63,810 nt of DNA, filler included, from Globobulimina sp. (GCA_003354225.1; 48 parts of 48 records of this genome joined end to end with filler, not necessarily neighbours in it), one strand, 5' to 3'. Positions 37,431 to 49,332 are shown, counted from the whole stretch's first letter. Notes: a model not told the origin generated them from the sequence alone. Numbers and translations: made by a program.

Positions 37431-38531
37431 TCAGATATTGAGCCACGCATTCAAATAGGGACAATCAGTGGGATTTATAACCGCACCATCCGAACATGCA
37501 TAAGCAACTGGACAAGATTGACAGGGTATTTCTGAAAACGGTGACTCATAGCTATAATTATTATATCTAAACTTAATATCACTATATTTCCCAATATCTA
37601 TTTTATTAAAATCTCCCTCCTTCATATCGCCATCCTCCTCCTTTATTAAAACCTCCTCATTCTCATCCTCCTCTTTAATGACATCATATTCCATTTTTAT
37701 TTTCATTGCCTTGCCATCATTTAATTTCCTCTTCTTTTTCCATTTCTGTCCATCTCTCATCTCAATGGATTTCCTTTTTTCCTCCTCAGTCTCTTTATAT
37801 CTTATCGCTTGCACTGCTTTCATTAAATGATAAAATGTATTTTTTGACGGAGTTAAAAACGAATCCAACTGAGTCCGAGGCACTGTACATGGTATAATAC
37901 AGATACGTTTTTCATAAATCAATAACTGAATAACGAGTTCGATTTCATTTATGGACAAATCGCAATTATCATTCAATACGCCACTGATTTGAATCGTATT
38001 TAATAACTCTCCGCATGACACACCTTCCATTTGCTTACATGTTTTAATTTGATGCAGAACAATCATAAAAATGTCAGTCAAGAAATCTTTATCTTTATGG
38101 AACTGGCCACCGATTGCATGAGGTTGGGGTTCGTAGCTGGTGGCAATATAATGTATTTTATTATTTCTTATATGTTTAAATTTTGTGGTCAGATTCTGAG
38201 GCTGCAATATCTTGGATATAGTTTTGTGAATTTCTGGCTTGGGAATGTGACTCATGTTATTCAGCAGTCTATGCATTATAATTCCCTCTCGTTGAGACTT
38301 TTCAATTTGTTTGTAAATATCATAGTGTTTCTTGTTTAGTTTGATTAACTTATTGGCATCCTTTGGAAGACGCATTGTGACTATGTATGGATCTGTTGAT
38401 AGAAATGCAATCAAACGATGCTTTGCCTCCATTTCATTCATAAATGAACAAATAAAATCGTGTGAATAAAGGGCAGCTTTTTGGTTTGCATTTATTTGTT
38501 GAGACAATACGTTCATTGGAATTCCGTTTGG
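37431..38531 (-). CDS. POLR3F: RNA polymerase III subunit RPC34/RPC6 (5' partial)
   Basis: YEP...GGQFH-D-DF; C-terminal PF..IPCQSCPV..C...INPTDCPYL..WL Fe-S motif. Confidence 0.9.
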   Translation of the reverse strand, partial: PNGIPMNVLSQQINANQKAALYSHDFICSFMNEMEAKHRLIAFLSTDPYIVTMRLPKDANKLIKLNKKHYDIYKQIEKSQREGIIMHRLLNNMSHIPKPEIHKTISKILQPQNLTTKFKHIRNNKIHYIATSYEPQPHAIGGQFHKDKDFLTDIFMIVLHQIKTCKQMEGVSCGELLNTIQISGVLNDNCDLSINEIELVIQLLIYEKRICIIPCTVPRTQLDSFLTPSKNTFYHLMKAVQAIRYKETEEEKRKSIEMRDGQKWKKKRKLNDGKAMKIKMEYDVIKEEDENEEVLIKEEDGDMKEGDFNKIDIGKYSDIKFRYNNYSYESPFSEIPCQSCPVAYACSDGAVINPTDCPYLNAWLNI

Positions 38532-38890
38532 NNNNNNNNNNNNNNNNNNNNNNNNNNNNNNNNNNNNNNNNNNNNTTAATTAATTAANNNNNNNNNNNNN
38601 NNNNNNNNNNNNNNNNNNNNNNNNNNNNNNNTTATCAAATACATTTAAATAGTTTCATAATATCTGATATCAAGTTTGTTCACCCACTGCGGATTTTGTG
38701 ACCTAAACTAGAGTACTTTTCATAGACTCAGACAACCGAAAAAAAAACAGTGATTGAATCGTTTGCGCAAAGTAGCTTTCTATCATCACAAACTATTTCA
38801 ATAAATCATAGTGTTGATGTGAAATTAAATTATCAGTTAATAATACAATACAAATGATTTCAAGTGAAGTCCAACCATAAAACACAACAA

Positions 38891-39862
38891 TTATTTTGTG
38901 GCAGTTTTCTTCCGGTATGAAGCAATAACGACAGCATGATCTCTTTCGTACGGTTCCAATGAGATCTGTTCTTGCATGAAAAACCCCTCAGTCCTCAAGG
39001 TCTCAACCTCAGCGGCAATAACATGCGCCGGCGCCATTGTAGAGTCCACACAATTTGCTTTTATCGACATCACCAAATGGCCTCCAGTTTTCAAAAAATA
39101 TTTCGCATTCAATCCAACAATACGGGCCTGATCCGGTTGGGCCACATCACTGAAAAGAACATCCACCATTCCACAAATCATTCTGTACTTCAATGGTTTG
39201 CGCGCATCCTCGATAATGGGCACAATATTCCTCCGACGCTGGGCCACTGACAATAGGTCCCTCCCACAGCGAGGACTAAATTCAACTGCATACACCACGC
39301 CTTCTGGGCCCACAATGTCAGAACAGTGCGATACTGTGGTCCCGGAGGCCGCGCCTAAATATAACAACTTCTTTTTTGGTGTTATGTACACATTGCCGCT
39401 TCCTCTCAATATTGCTGCTCCAAATTTGGATCGAAATGGGTTCCAGACTCTGTACTCTGTGCGTTTGTCGCTATCCTGTCATTACAAAATAAAATAATTA
39501 TAATTTATAAGTGCAAGGATGTGTACTTAACAGCAACAGATATTCGCTTCTCACCATACACATCTTTGCCTGGATCGAGGTTTTTAGTCAATAATGCGTC
39601 CTGAGCCCCTTTACAGACAAATATTCCAGGATGGCGATGCGTGATCACTGCTACTTTGCTTCCACCTGTTTTCATGTTAAAATTCGTTTTTGATGATAAA
39701 GCAAAGTTATTTTGAGTCATTATCAAAAACAAAAACAAAAACAAATAGCATACCTCTGCCACCGCCACGACCACGTCCTCTGCCACGGCCTCGACCACGT
39801 CCTCTGCCGCGGCCACGGCCAACACCGCGGCCTCGGAAACCCCCACGACCTCTGCCCCTGCC
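38891..39862 (-). CDS. FBL: Fibrillarin (5' partial); introns 39476-39531 and 39666-39753
   Basis: RGG/GAR domain, [59 protein letters not shown]. Confidence 0.97.
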
Positions 39863-39965
39863 NNNNNNNNNNNNNNNNNNNNNNNNNNNNNNNNNNNNNN
39901 NNNNNNTTAATTAATTAANNNNNNNNNNNNNNNNNNNNNNNNNNNNNNNNNNNNNNNNNNNNTCA

Positions 39966-41193
39966 TACCTGCACAATATGCGTGTTGGAACCGACAATGA
40001 TTCGATTGTGTGTTTTTCCAGCACCAATGCTCCAGATTGAATTGTCAGCTTTGTCCGGAATAATATTGCTTAACTTAACCATGCCGGTTTTGACATGTTT
40101 ACAGTAAATGATATTAATATGGCCAGCATAATCCACAGCATATACTACAGGCTCTCCATCAACAGCGGCATATAACAATCTATTTATAGCTGTATCTATA
40201 TTTGTGATCACATGATATGGTGATTTATAATTAAGTTTTGCAGATTGCGCAGTCAGTGCTAACTTATAAATATAAATATGATTCCGAGAGGCAATAAATA
40301 TCAATTTAGAAATTGGATCAATTGCTAATAAATTCATTTTCCATTCAGCTACATTTAGCGGCGTATTATCTTTCTCGTCTTGTTCGGTTTCATATAAAAT
40401 ACACTCATTTTCTTGAATTACTGATATTAATGGATAGCAATCAGGTAATTTAAAAGTAATTTGTTCTTGTTTGTGCATATTAGCACGCGGCGGTGTTAGA
40501 TTATAACTTGGATTAAATAAATTACATTGTTTGTCATACACAGAATATCCATACGATTTATTTGCAATGTCACACTTTTCTTCATGCTCGTTTTTCATGT
40601 CAATGTCATCATTTTTATTGTCTGAAATATCTGTCATACTCACATCGCTGTTGTTGTCATAATTAATCCAACACAAATTATTGACTTCATCAATGATGGA
40701 GAATAATGTCTATTTTGTTTGTTATTATTAAATATGATGATAAGTGCAAGTATATATTGCGACTTAACCGTAGTTAATCGTTTTAAGTCTTCATCTCTTT
40801 GTCTTTGTGCAGTATCAATGTTATTTGATTCATCATTTGCATTGTTGTTGTGATAATAATTAAGTGCATTTCGTATTAAATTGAGTGAATCATCAATATT
40901 CTCGTTATTCATACTAAAATTATTCCAAAATTCATTCAAATCTACCTTATGTTCTTGTTGTTGGTTTTCTTCTTCTTCTTCGTGTTCGTGTTCGTTTACT
41001 ACGAGAAATGGACCGCCTCCCCAATTATTATCATTATTATTTGGAGGTTCATCATCATGATCAGAGGAATTGACATTATTATTATCATCAACAGCGGCAT
41101 TATCTGAATCATTATCCATTATTGGTGGCATTGAAGAGTGCGTTGATACTGACGACATGCCATCTGATTCATTTTCTACGTCATTCTCCATAT
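39966..41193 (-). CDS. Hypothetical protein with acidic N-terminus and WD40-like (CRT10-like) propeller, multi-exon, partial
   Basis: WKMNLLA, AINRL, DNSIWSI, VGSNTH; two ORFs probably joined by an intron. Confidence 0.6.
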
Positions 41194-41352
41194 NNNNNNN
41201 NNNNNNNNNNNNNNNNNNNNNNNNNNNNNNNNNNNNNTTAATTAATTAANNNNNNNNNNNNNNNNNNNNNNNNNNNNNNNNNNNNNNNNNNNNCAAAGTC
41301 ATTTAATTTTAATTATTTCGAGACCAACGTTGTTTACCTTCCTGTACATAAT

Positions 41353-42524
41353 ATGGATATTAAATCATTTAAAAAGATGGTGGCTAAATTTAAGAGTTTA
41401 TTTGATGAAAACCCAAAAGAAAAAAAGCGGTCCTTTGTATGGAATTGCGTTTCATTGTCATTTATGACAAAGATATTGGTGGTGTTGTTTGTATTACGCT
41501 ATGTTTGGTTTTATCTATTTATTGTGCTGGCCATCGCGTATTATTTCTTACGGCCGACCCGAATATTTCGCGATTCGGTGTATCGAGGGGTCAAAGAAGC
41601 GCGTATTGTTGCTGGTGATAAGAAAATCTGTGCCATTGTGACTGGAGCCACTGGGTTTTTGGGCGAAGTTTTGGTAAAAGACCTATTAGATTCATATCCT
41701 GCCAATCAGATCAAATTATATCTGATTGTTCGCGGTAAAAAGGGTGAATCCGCACAAGAGAGAGCGCAGAAATTATTCAGTCAATATATACGCAAACACG
41801 GCCAGCATAATATACAAGTGATTGATATGGAATTAGATTCATTAAACATTGATGATATTAATATAGCGCAAAACATAACGCACATCATTCATTGTGCCGG
41901 CAATGTAAAGTTTGCAGATACTCATAGTAACATAGCTAAAATAAACATTACATGCACCTTAAAATTAAAAGCATTGTCGGACCGATATAACAGTAAATTT
42001 ATTTATATATCGACAGCCTTTGTTGGTGGCGCAGATTATTCAAAATCCACCAATTATTTGTCGACGGCAGCCGTCTATTTAGATTGCGATGACCTATCGG
42101 CAGAGAAATTATTTAGTTTAATGTTAACAAATAGGGTCGAGATTGACGAGTATATGAAACGACATCATATTCGCAATAATTATGTGTTATCGAAGATGGT
42201 GGCTGAGAGCTTAATTGGTGCGGAGAGTATAATTATTCGGCCGTCCGTCATTTCGCCAGCATGGAATTTCCCTGAACCCGCCTGGGGCGGTCAAAACCCT
42301 TCGACAATAACTCTGGTAATGGCCGGTGTGGCCGCCAGGTTAATCCGCGCACCAATCATGACTCGATTTTCCGGACAGACAACGATGCCCGTTGTGCCCG
42401 TTGATTTCGTGACCAAATGCATTGTAAATAACATGAATAGTGCAGTGAATAAGATATATTTAGCGGCCTTAAATACCAACACGAAATATAACAAAGTGTT
42501 TTCATTTTGGGAGGGAACCTGGAT
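41353..42524 (+). CDS. Fatty acyl-CoA reductase (male-sterility family) with N-terminal TM segment, 3' partial
   Basis: VTGATGFLG, IIHCAG-VKF, YISTAFV, NNYVLSK, IIRPSVI, VVPVDFV. Confidence 0.88.
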
Positions 42525-42625
42525 NNNNNNNNNNNNNNNNNNNNNNNNNNNNNNNNNNNNNNNNNNNNTTAATTAATTAANNNNNNNNNNNNNNNNNNNN
42601 NNNNNNNNNNNNNNNNNNNNNNNNA

Positions 42626-43179
42626 CAGGGTGGGCCACCTAAGTGTAGCGATTTTAATCTTTTATAACTTCTTGAATTTATAAAGAAATGTGTTGAAATT
42701 TTAACACAGCATAGACACTCCTATAGGATTTATGTTGACAAAATATTATCCAATTCGACCAATAATATCGATAGTTCTGGGAGCTTTACTGAAAGCGGTA
42801 AAATCAATTATTTGATAGCTGACAGACCGACTTTGCGTAATTGGTGGTGTCTAATTGTTATTTCTTCAGTTTTTTAGACAAAAGTTCCATTTAAATTCTA
42901 TTGTGCTATTTTTGGAGTCAATGATACAGTTCTAGATCACTTTGAGACAGAATAAGCAAATTGTGCAATCGGGTCGCCATCAGCTGAACAGCGTTATCCA
43001 AAATGACAGTGGTTACGTTTTGATGCACAACTCATGCATTTTTGGACAGAATTGAACGAAATTTTGGGACAATAAATCCTATATAAGTGCCTATGTTGTG
43101 TAAAATTTCTATAAACTTTCATTGAGTAACAAAAAAGTTATAACTAATTAAAATCGCGACACTTAGGTGGCCCACCCTG
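42626..43179. mobile_element. Non-autonomous Tc1/mariner-type element (MITE), 554 bp
   Basis: TIRs CAGGGTGGGCCACCTAAGTGT-GCGATTTTAAT and its reverse complement ending CCCACCCTG; TA at 43180-81; imperfect inverted repeat continues for ~130 bp; no ORF. Confidence 0.9.
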
Positions 43180-43422
43180 TATATTGAATTACATTTAATT
43201 ATTAAAATAAACTATTTCTATTTAGTATTTCATATTTTGGAACTTAAACATACACGGTTTTTAATGCAATTTTTATTTGTGATTTCATATTGCATTATTT
43301 ACATTTAATTATTAAAATAAACAGTTGATATTCGTTATTTTGTGGTGGCTAGCAGATTAGCAGGCAATGTATGAGTCATCCGACTACAAGTAACGAAATG
43401 AAAATTATGCAATAATATCGGC

Positions 43423-43855
43423 GAGAGTCCCAAGAGTAAATTGATTTCTTATCCCACATATCCCATAGTTACAGGGTGGTCTGAAAATCAGAGAGAGAGA
43501 GTCTCAAGAGTGAATAGATTTCTTATCCATCATATCCCATGGTTTTAGGGTGGTCTGAAAATTACAGAGTCTCAAGAGTAAATTAGTTTCTTATCCCACA
43601 TATCCCATGGTTATAGGGTGGTCTGAAAATCAGAGAGAGTCTCAAGAGTAAATAGATTTCTTATCCCACATATCCCATGGTTTTAGGGTAGTCTGAAAAT
43701 CAGAGAGAGTCTCAAGAGTAAATAGATTTCTTATCCCACATATCCCATGGTTATAGGGTGGTCTGAAAATCTGAGAGAGTCTCAAGAGTAAATTTGTTTC
43801 TTATTCCACATATCCCATGGTTTTAGGATGATCTGAAAATCTGAGAGAGTCTCAA
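43423..43855. repeat. ~70-bp tandem repeat, more than 6 copies, runs off the contig
   Basis: Unit GAGAGTCTCAAGAGTAAATAGATTTCTTATCCCACATATCCCATGGTTATAGGGTGGTCTGAAAATCA; marker CYCAAG at 43429, 43503, 43571, 43641, 43711, 43781 and (cut by the contig end) 43851. Confidence 0.95.
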
Positions 43856-43955
43856 NNNNNNNNNNNNNNNNNNNNNNNNNNNNNNNNNNNNNNNNNNNNT
43901 TAATTAATTAANNNNNNNNNNNNNNNNNNNNNNNNNNNNNNNNNNNNNNNNNNNN

Positions 43956-45186
43956 TCCCAATTATCCCTGCTTAGCGGGTGGAATCGAGCGTAGTGTACA
44001 GCCAAATAATACGGCAAGAAATGCCGCTTCGAATTTGAGGAATCCCAATCATGCAATGCATGTTCAGAGCACTTTGATTGAAAATCAGAGGGCTTCAAAT
44101 AACACCACAAATCAACAACCATATGAATACCCTCCAGTACGACCGTCAGTATTAACACAAAGAGGACCCAATCAAGGACCTCATGTTACTGAACCAGTAC
44201 CAAGATATCCGTGGGATCCTGATTTTGATCCTGAGCAAGATATCAATCCAATAACGGGTATTAATCAAGTTACAACAACACAAGGTTTGACCCCTCAACC
44301 TGACCAATCTGAGCGGGTACCGCAAAGTTATAATTTGGGTGGGGAGGGTTCTAATTCTATTTGCCCCTGGACACAACCACCTAACTACCAATATTTGGGT
44401 CCTAGTCGATCGCCACCATACTATCCGGAGGCACAAGGACCCAACGGAACAGAACATAGTTCACAAGGATATCCGTCTGGTCGGGGACCGGCTGCTCCAT
44501 CCACTTCTGTACCACCTACACAGTTTGGACGCATGCCTTCCTACCGTATTCCAGCGGACCCTTTGAACCCAAATGGTGTACAACCGTTAGCTGATATAAA
44601 TGCTGCTGCAGATCAGCTCAGACAAAACGCCAACGTTTTTCAGCGCATACCACCCATCTCTGAATTGGACCATGGGCCAAAGGTGAGTGTAAAATGCAAG
44701 GACTACACCACTGCTCAAGACATCGAACAGTGGTTTGTACAGTTCGAAGTGTACTTGTGTATGATTCGATGTCGAACTGAATACGATCGAGTCACTAACT
44801 TGCATCATTACATGGCCAATCACAATTATGCATTTCTGCAAACCTTGTCCCCACATGTCCAAAATAACTACCAATTGTTCAAAGCTGCTTTATTGCGCCG
44901 TTTCCGTGAACGTGGCGATGATCGTGACAAATTACGACGAGCTATGGAAATCAAGCAATCTCTGAGTAATGATGAGACGGTTGACACCTATTATGAACGT
45001 TATGAACATGCTTTAGCAAAAGCCTTGCCAAAACAAGACATTGCTACTAGTCGTGTGTGGATCACTGTCTTTGAAACCAATTTACGACCAGACATCTATG
45101 CTAAATATAGAGATCGAGCTGGTGGTACAACTATAGAAACATTCGAACAGGACAGAGATTTGGCTGTTGACTGTGAACAACTTTTG
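43956..45186 (+). mobile_element. LTR retrotransposon (Ty3/gypsy-like) Gag, partial
   Basis: Pro-rich N-terminus; DIEQWF-QFE, NYQLFKAALLRRF, KQ...ETVDTYYERY, F-TNLRPDI. Confidence 0.82.
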
Positions 45187-46617
45187 NNNNNNNNNNNNNN
45201 NNNNNNNNNNNNNNNNNNNNNNNNNNNNNNTTAATTAATTAANNNNNNNNNNNNNNNNNNNNNNNNNNNNNNNNNNNNNNNNNNNNTTACAATAACAAAA
45301 ATAATAAAAAAACCTTCTTCAAATGTCGTCGTTATTGTATCTCGCTCTCAATTTGTGTATCGCAACCAACAACCAAACAGTCGACAGACAAACTGCAGAT
45401 TCAATCATTGCAACGTAATCTATATTTAATATGATATCATATATGTTATATTTAATAGCATCCCAAAATCATATAAAACAACGTATAATAAAATAACAGC
45501 CATACAATCGTTAACGTAGCCAGTGTCGATATCACTAGTAATGGGTCATTCGTATATAATGTGCATGTCGCAACAATCGATATTGATATACCATACGTAT
45601 CACATACAAACATCGCAATTCATCATAACGACGCAAATCTAAATATATCCGTCAATAACAATGCAGAATCATCGCGGTTAAGGTATTGTATTATGGTTTT
45701 TATACAATAATTTGTCCATAATTCAAATATGTTTATCCTTACACAGGGAACAAACATCAACAGCTGATGCCATCTAGTAATTATATTAGTTTCCACCATC
45801 ACTTTCTGCATCAAATGACATATCTATCCGTTATGTGGCACCAATAATCATCCAGTTATAACCATATATAACCATATTTATCATTATATTTTGAGTGTTC
45901 CAGAATTTTTTTATTCCACGATAGAAATTCCATTTTATGCGCGGATATCATCAATTAGCATATGATACATATGTAAAATAATTCTCAGCTTTGGCGGATC
46001 GTGGGAACCATTTTTTTTTTAATGGTTTCTGTTGATATGTATAAAATGTATAAATCCGATTGATAGGTATTGGGTTTTTTTTATTTGATGGGATTGGTTA
46101 TTTTGAGTGTCTGTTGTGTTTGTGTGATGATGTGAGTGTATTTAAAATCGATTATAACGTCTTTGCAAAGCCATTGAGGGCATCTTGATTCCATGCTTTT
46201 CTTCATAGTTCTCCATTGCAAAAACTTTCCAATCTTGACACACAATCCTTGCTCTAAATCAAAGGCTATCATGAATGGTTGGACAAAGAAAGTTGCAGCT
46301 AAAATAGCTAAATCAAATGAACATAAAGAACAAATCAGAATCCAACGTCGCGAACTTGCAATCAAACTTAAAAAGGACAAGGTAAATGTACCTAAATTGA
46401 CTAGTGCTAACTAAGTATTTTCTGTGAGCTAAATCAAAAAGGTTTGAAAAACACTTAGTGGATTGCATGCAAGGAGCGTGAATTAGTTAAAAGTACTCTT
46501 TCCTCTCCTATCTATGCNNNNNNNNNNNNNNNNNNNNNNNNNNNNNNNNNNNNNNNNNNNNTTAATTAATTAANNNNNNNNNNNNNNNNNNNNNNNNNNN
46601 NNNNNNNNNNNNNNNNN

Positions 46618-47348
46618 TTTGGATATCTTTCTTGTGACATTAAGCTCCGTCCCGATGACGCATTAATTGCTTGCAAGGCAGTTCCAATATCAATTCCATA
46701 GTATTCGACACATTGTAATCCCTCACATAATATTAGTAAATTGCTAACATTTAATAAATTATTTACACATTTCAATGAATGGCCAGCTCCAACATTTCCA
46801 ACACGGACAGGGTTAAGCGATATATGTTGCAATATTTGCGTTTTACATTGGTCAAATATCCATTCATTATCGATGTCACATCCAGCCATACAAGAAATTG
46901 TGCCTTGTTCCGCTTTGAGTGGACCACCAGACACTGGCGTATCCATGAAATATAATTTACATTTCTTATTTGAAAAATATGTATTTGAAATGAGTTGGGA
47001 TGTTTTAGCATCTCCCGATGTACAATCCATCCAAACGCAGCCTGATGGAGCAAATGGATTAAACTCTTTACTTGTAGCAAAATCAAAACATTCTGCAACT
47101 GTGTTCAATACATTTGTCGAGTTTGGCAAACACGATATCATATAATTTGAGTTTGAGATTGCTTCATCCAATGAATAGGCACCATATATATTTTTTATAT
47201 TGTTGCTACTCAGTTCTTCTAACAAAGAGCTTATTGCTTTTTTATTGGTATCATAAAGATACAAATGAAATGATGGCTGCTGGGTTGATAATCGTTTTGC
47301 GATCCTAGAACCCATAGATCCTAAACCTATGAAACCTACTTTTGTCAT
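46618..47348 (-). CDS. 3-hydroxyisobutyrate/beta-hydroxyacid dehydrogenase family, 3' partial
   Basis: GFIGLGSMG, DTPVSGGP-KAEQG, GAGHSLKCVNN, INASSGRS. Confidence 0.92.
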
Positions 47349-47948
47349 TGTTTTTATGAGGTTTTTGAAAAAAACAATGGTTTATGTATTTTAGTGGTTC
47401 ACGCTGAAACAATTAATTGATGAATCAGTTATATATATTAATAATGTATATAGAATATTGTAATTTGGATGGAATCTTAGATATTTCCCACTGAATTTAT
47501 TTTGTAATCTGCAGTAATTATTTGCTCCTTTAATAAAATGAACAATCCATTGAGAATACGTGCATTTTTCGCCTTGCCCGTCTATTAATGATTGACTTTC
47601 TGGAATTATTCGAACGCATTTATTCTGAGTATGTTTTAATATTATTTCACATTGATTCTAGCTCTGTGAATGAGTATGGGACGTTAAACATTGAAAGTAT
47701 ATCAATAATTATTGGATAATATGACAACTGAACTTAACTCGAATTAATTATGATATATGATTACGGCGATTATTCGAAACGAGTAGGTGAGAATCCTGAG
47801 ATTGCGGTAATTTAAAAAGTTGTTTATATTTAAAGGGATACTACTTTTNNNNNNNNNNNNNNNNNNNNNNNNNNNNNNNNNNNNNNNNNNNNTTAATTAA
47901 TTAANNNNNNNNNNNNNNNNNNNNNNNNNNNNNNNNNNNNNNNNNNNN

Positions 47949-48200
47949 AACAATCGGCCATCGCGGAAGGCCGGGCTGGTCACACATTCTTCGCCGAGAT
48001 TGCCTTGGCCCACGACCTCAGCCTCTTCCTTACCCGGCTTGAGGACATTGCAGGTCTCCAAACCGAATAGGTAGATCAGGTCGCCGACCAGCGTGGGCGA
48101 CGAGGTGTACATGTCGTCAGATTCCCACTCCCACAGGAGTTCGCCACTCTCTGTGCCGAAGCAAGTAAAAAAGCCGTAGGAGGCCAAAGCGTAAATATAT
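47949..48200 (-). CDS. Fragment of bacterial PQQ-type (BamB-like) beta-propeller protein; GC-rich
   Basis: SGELLWE, YTSSPTLVGDLIY, LGEECVTSPAFRDGRL; abrupt change in composition near 48190-48210. Confidence 0.75.
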
Positions 48201-48696
48201 TCCTGTGTCAGCTGTGTAGTTCCAATTGATAATATGGCATATTTTCTGTGGTGGCATTTTGATATGTTTGGTTCGATTCGCAATTACATTGCTTAGTGTT
48301 ATATTTGGTGGGTTAAGAAGGACCAAACAACATTTTACATATCTAGGATATGAATTGTATCCAATAAATCGCGCATTGATATATATACGCATAAATATGA
48401 AGATCGTGATTGGTTGTGCTATTGGTTGTGCATTTTACCAGCTGTTTTTTATGCACTTTGTTTACATGTGGCAAATATCTTAAATATGCATATCGATTTG
48501 AGACTGGTGTATTTGGCATGGAGTTTGGATATGGATTTGGCATTGTTGACGAAGAAGATCTACCAAACGCAAGATATCATAATAAAATGATGGAATATAA
48601 AAAAACTTGCATTTCCCCATGATCATAAAGTTGCATTTATTGGCCTGTATTTATAAAATATAATATGACATTGCTGAACCAAAAAGAATTGTGATT

Positions 48697-48922
48697 GGCT
48701 TAGTAGCTCAGCGATAGAGCGTATGTCTGCAGCTTTATGCTGTGTCCCTTGGAATGTTTCGACGTTTCACTCCCAACCAAAACCCCGATATTGCTTTAAT
48801 ACCATAAATTAGCAACATACTTCAATTTATCTGTGTGTTCAGATATTCTGTAAATATTATAACAAAATGAAGTGATTGAGTTGTATTTCATATAGATGTG
48901 GGTTTAAATCCCACCTAAGCCA
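48697..48922 (+). ncRNA. Interrupted tRNA-Cys(GCA)-like gene, 226 nt
   Basis: Acceptor GGCTTAG/CTAAGCC-A, D arm GCTC-AGCGATA-GAGC, anticodon arm TATGT-CT-GCA-G, T arm GTGGG-TTTAAAT-CCCAC; about 154 nt of extra sequence between the halves. Confidence 0.7.
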
Positions 48923-48934
48923 AATTATGAATAT

Positions 48935-49021
48935 GCGCGGATGATCCTCACTGGTGTGGTGTGCAGACTTCAAATCTGTAGGTGTATAACAACACAGTGG
49001 TTCGATTCCACCTTCTGCGCG
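48935..49021 (+). tRNA. tRNA-Sec: tRNA-Sec (anticodon TCA), eukaryotic 9/4 type, 87 nt
   Basis: 9-bp acceptor, extended D stem, TGCAGA-CTTCAAA-TCTGTA anticodon arm, long variable arm, 4-bp T stem GTGG-TTCGATT-CCAC, G73; closely resembles vertebrate tRNA-Sec. Confidence 0.95.
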
Positions 49022-49332
49022 GCGCTTACTCTTAATTTTATTTTTTATATTCCCAAATTTCTTTTGTATCATATATAGTTAAGCGAGAAAACACATTATG
49101 TGATCGACATTTTTCTGCGTTGTGCTGGCCAATGCATACAATATACACTCCGAATTTTACATTGTATACATTGACTATTNNNNNNNNNNNNNNNNNNNNN
49201 NNNNNNNNNNNNNNNNNNNNNNNTTAATTAATTAANNNNNNNNNNNNNNNNNNNNNNNNNNNNNNNNNNNNNNNNNNNNTTGTATGTATATTTGTGTGGA
49301 GTCTAAAGAGTCTAAATTCTAAAATAAGAGTT

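Noticed and set aside
43423-43855. 70-bp array as a CRISPR
   Set aside because: Whole units repeat with no unique spacers, and no cas genes are present
45287-46517. Short ORFs on this contig
   Set aside because: Stops in all frames and no recognisable motifs; non-coding or heavily decayed
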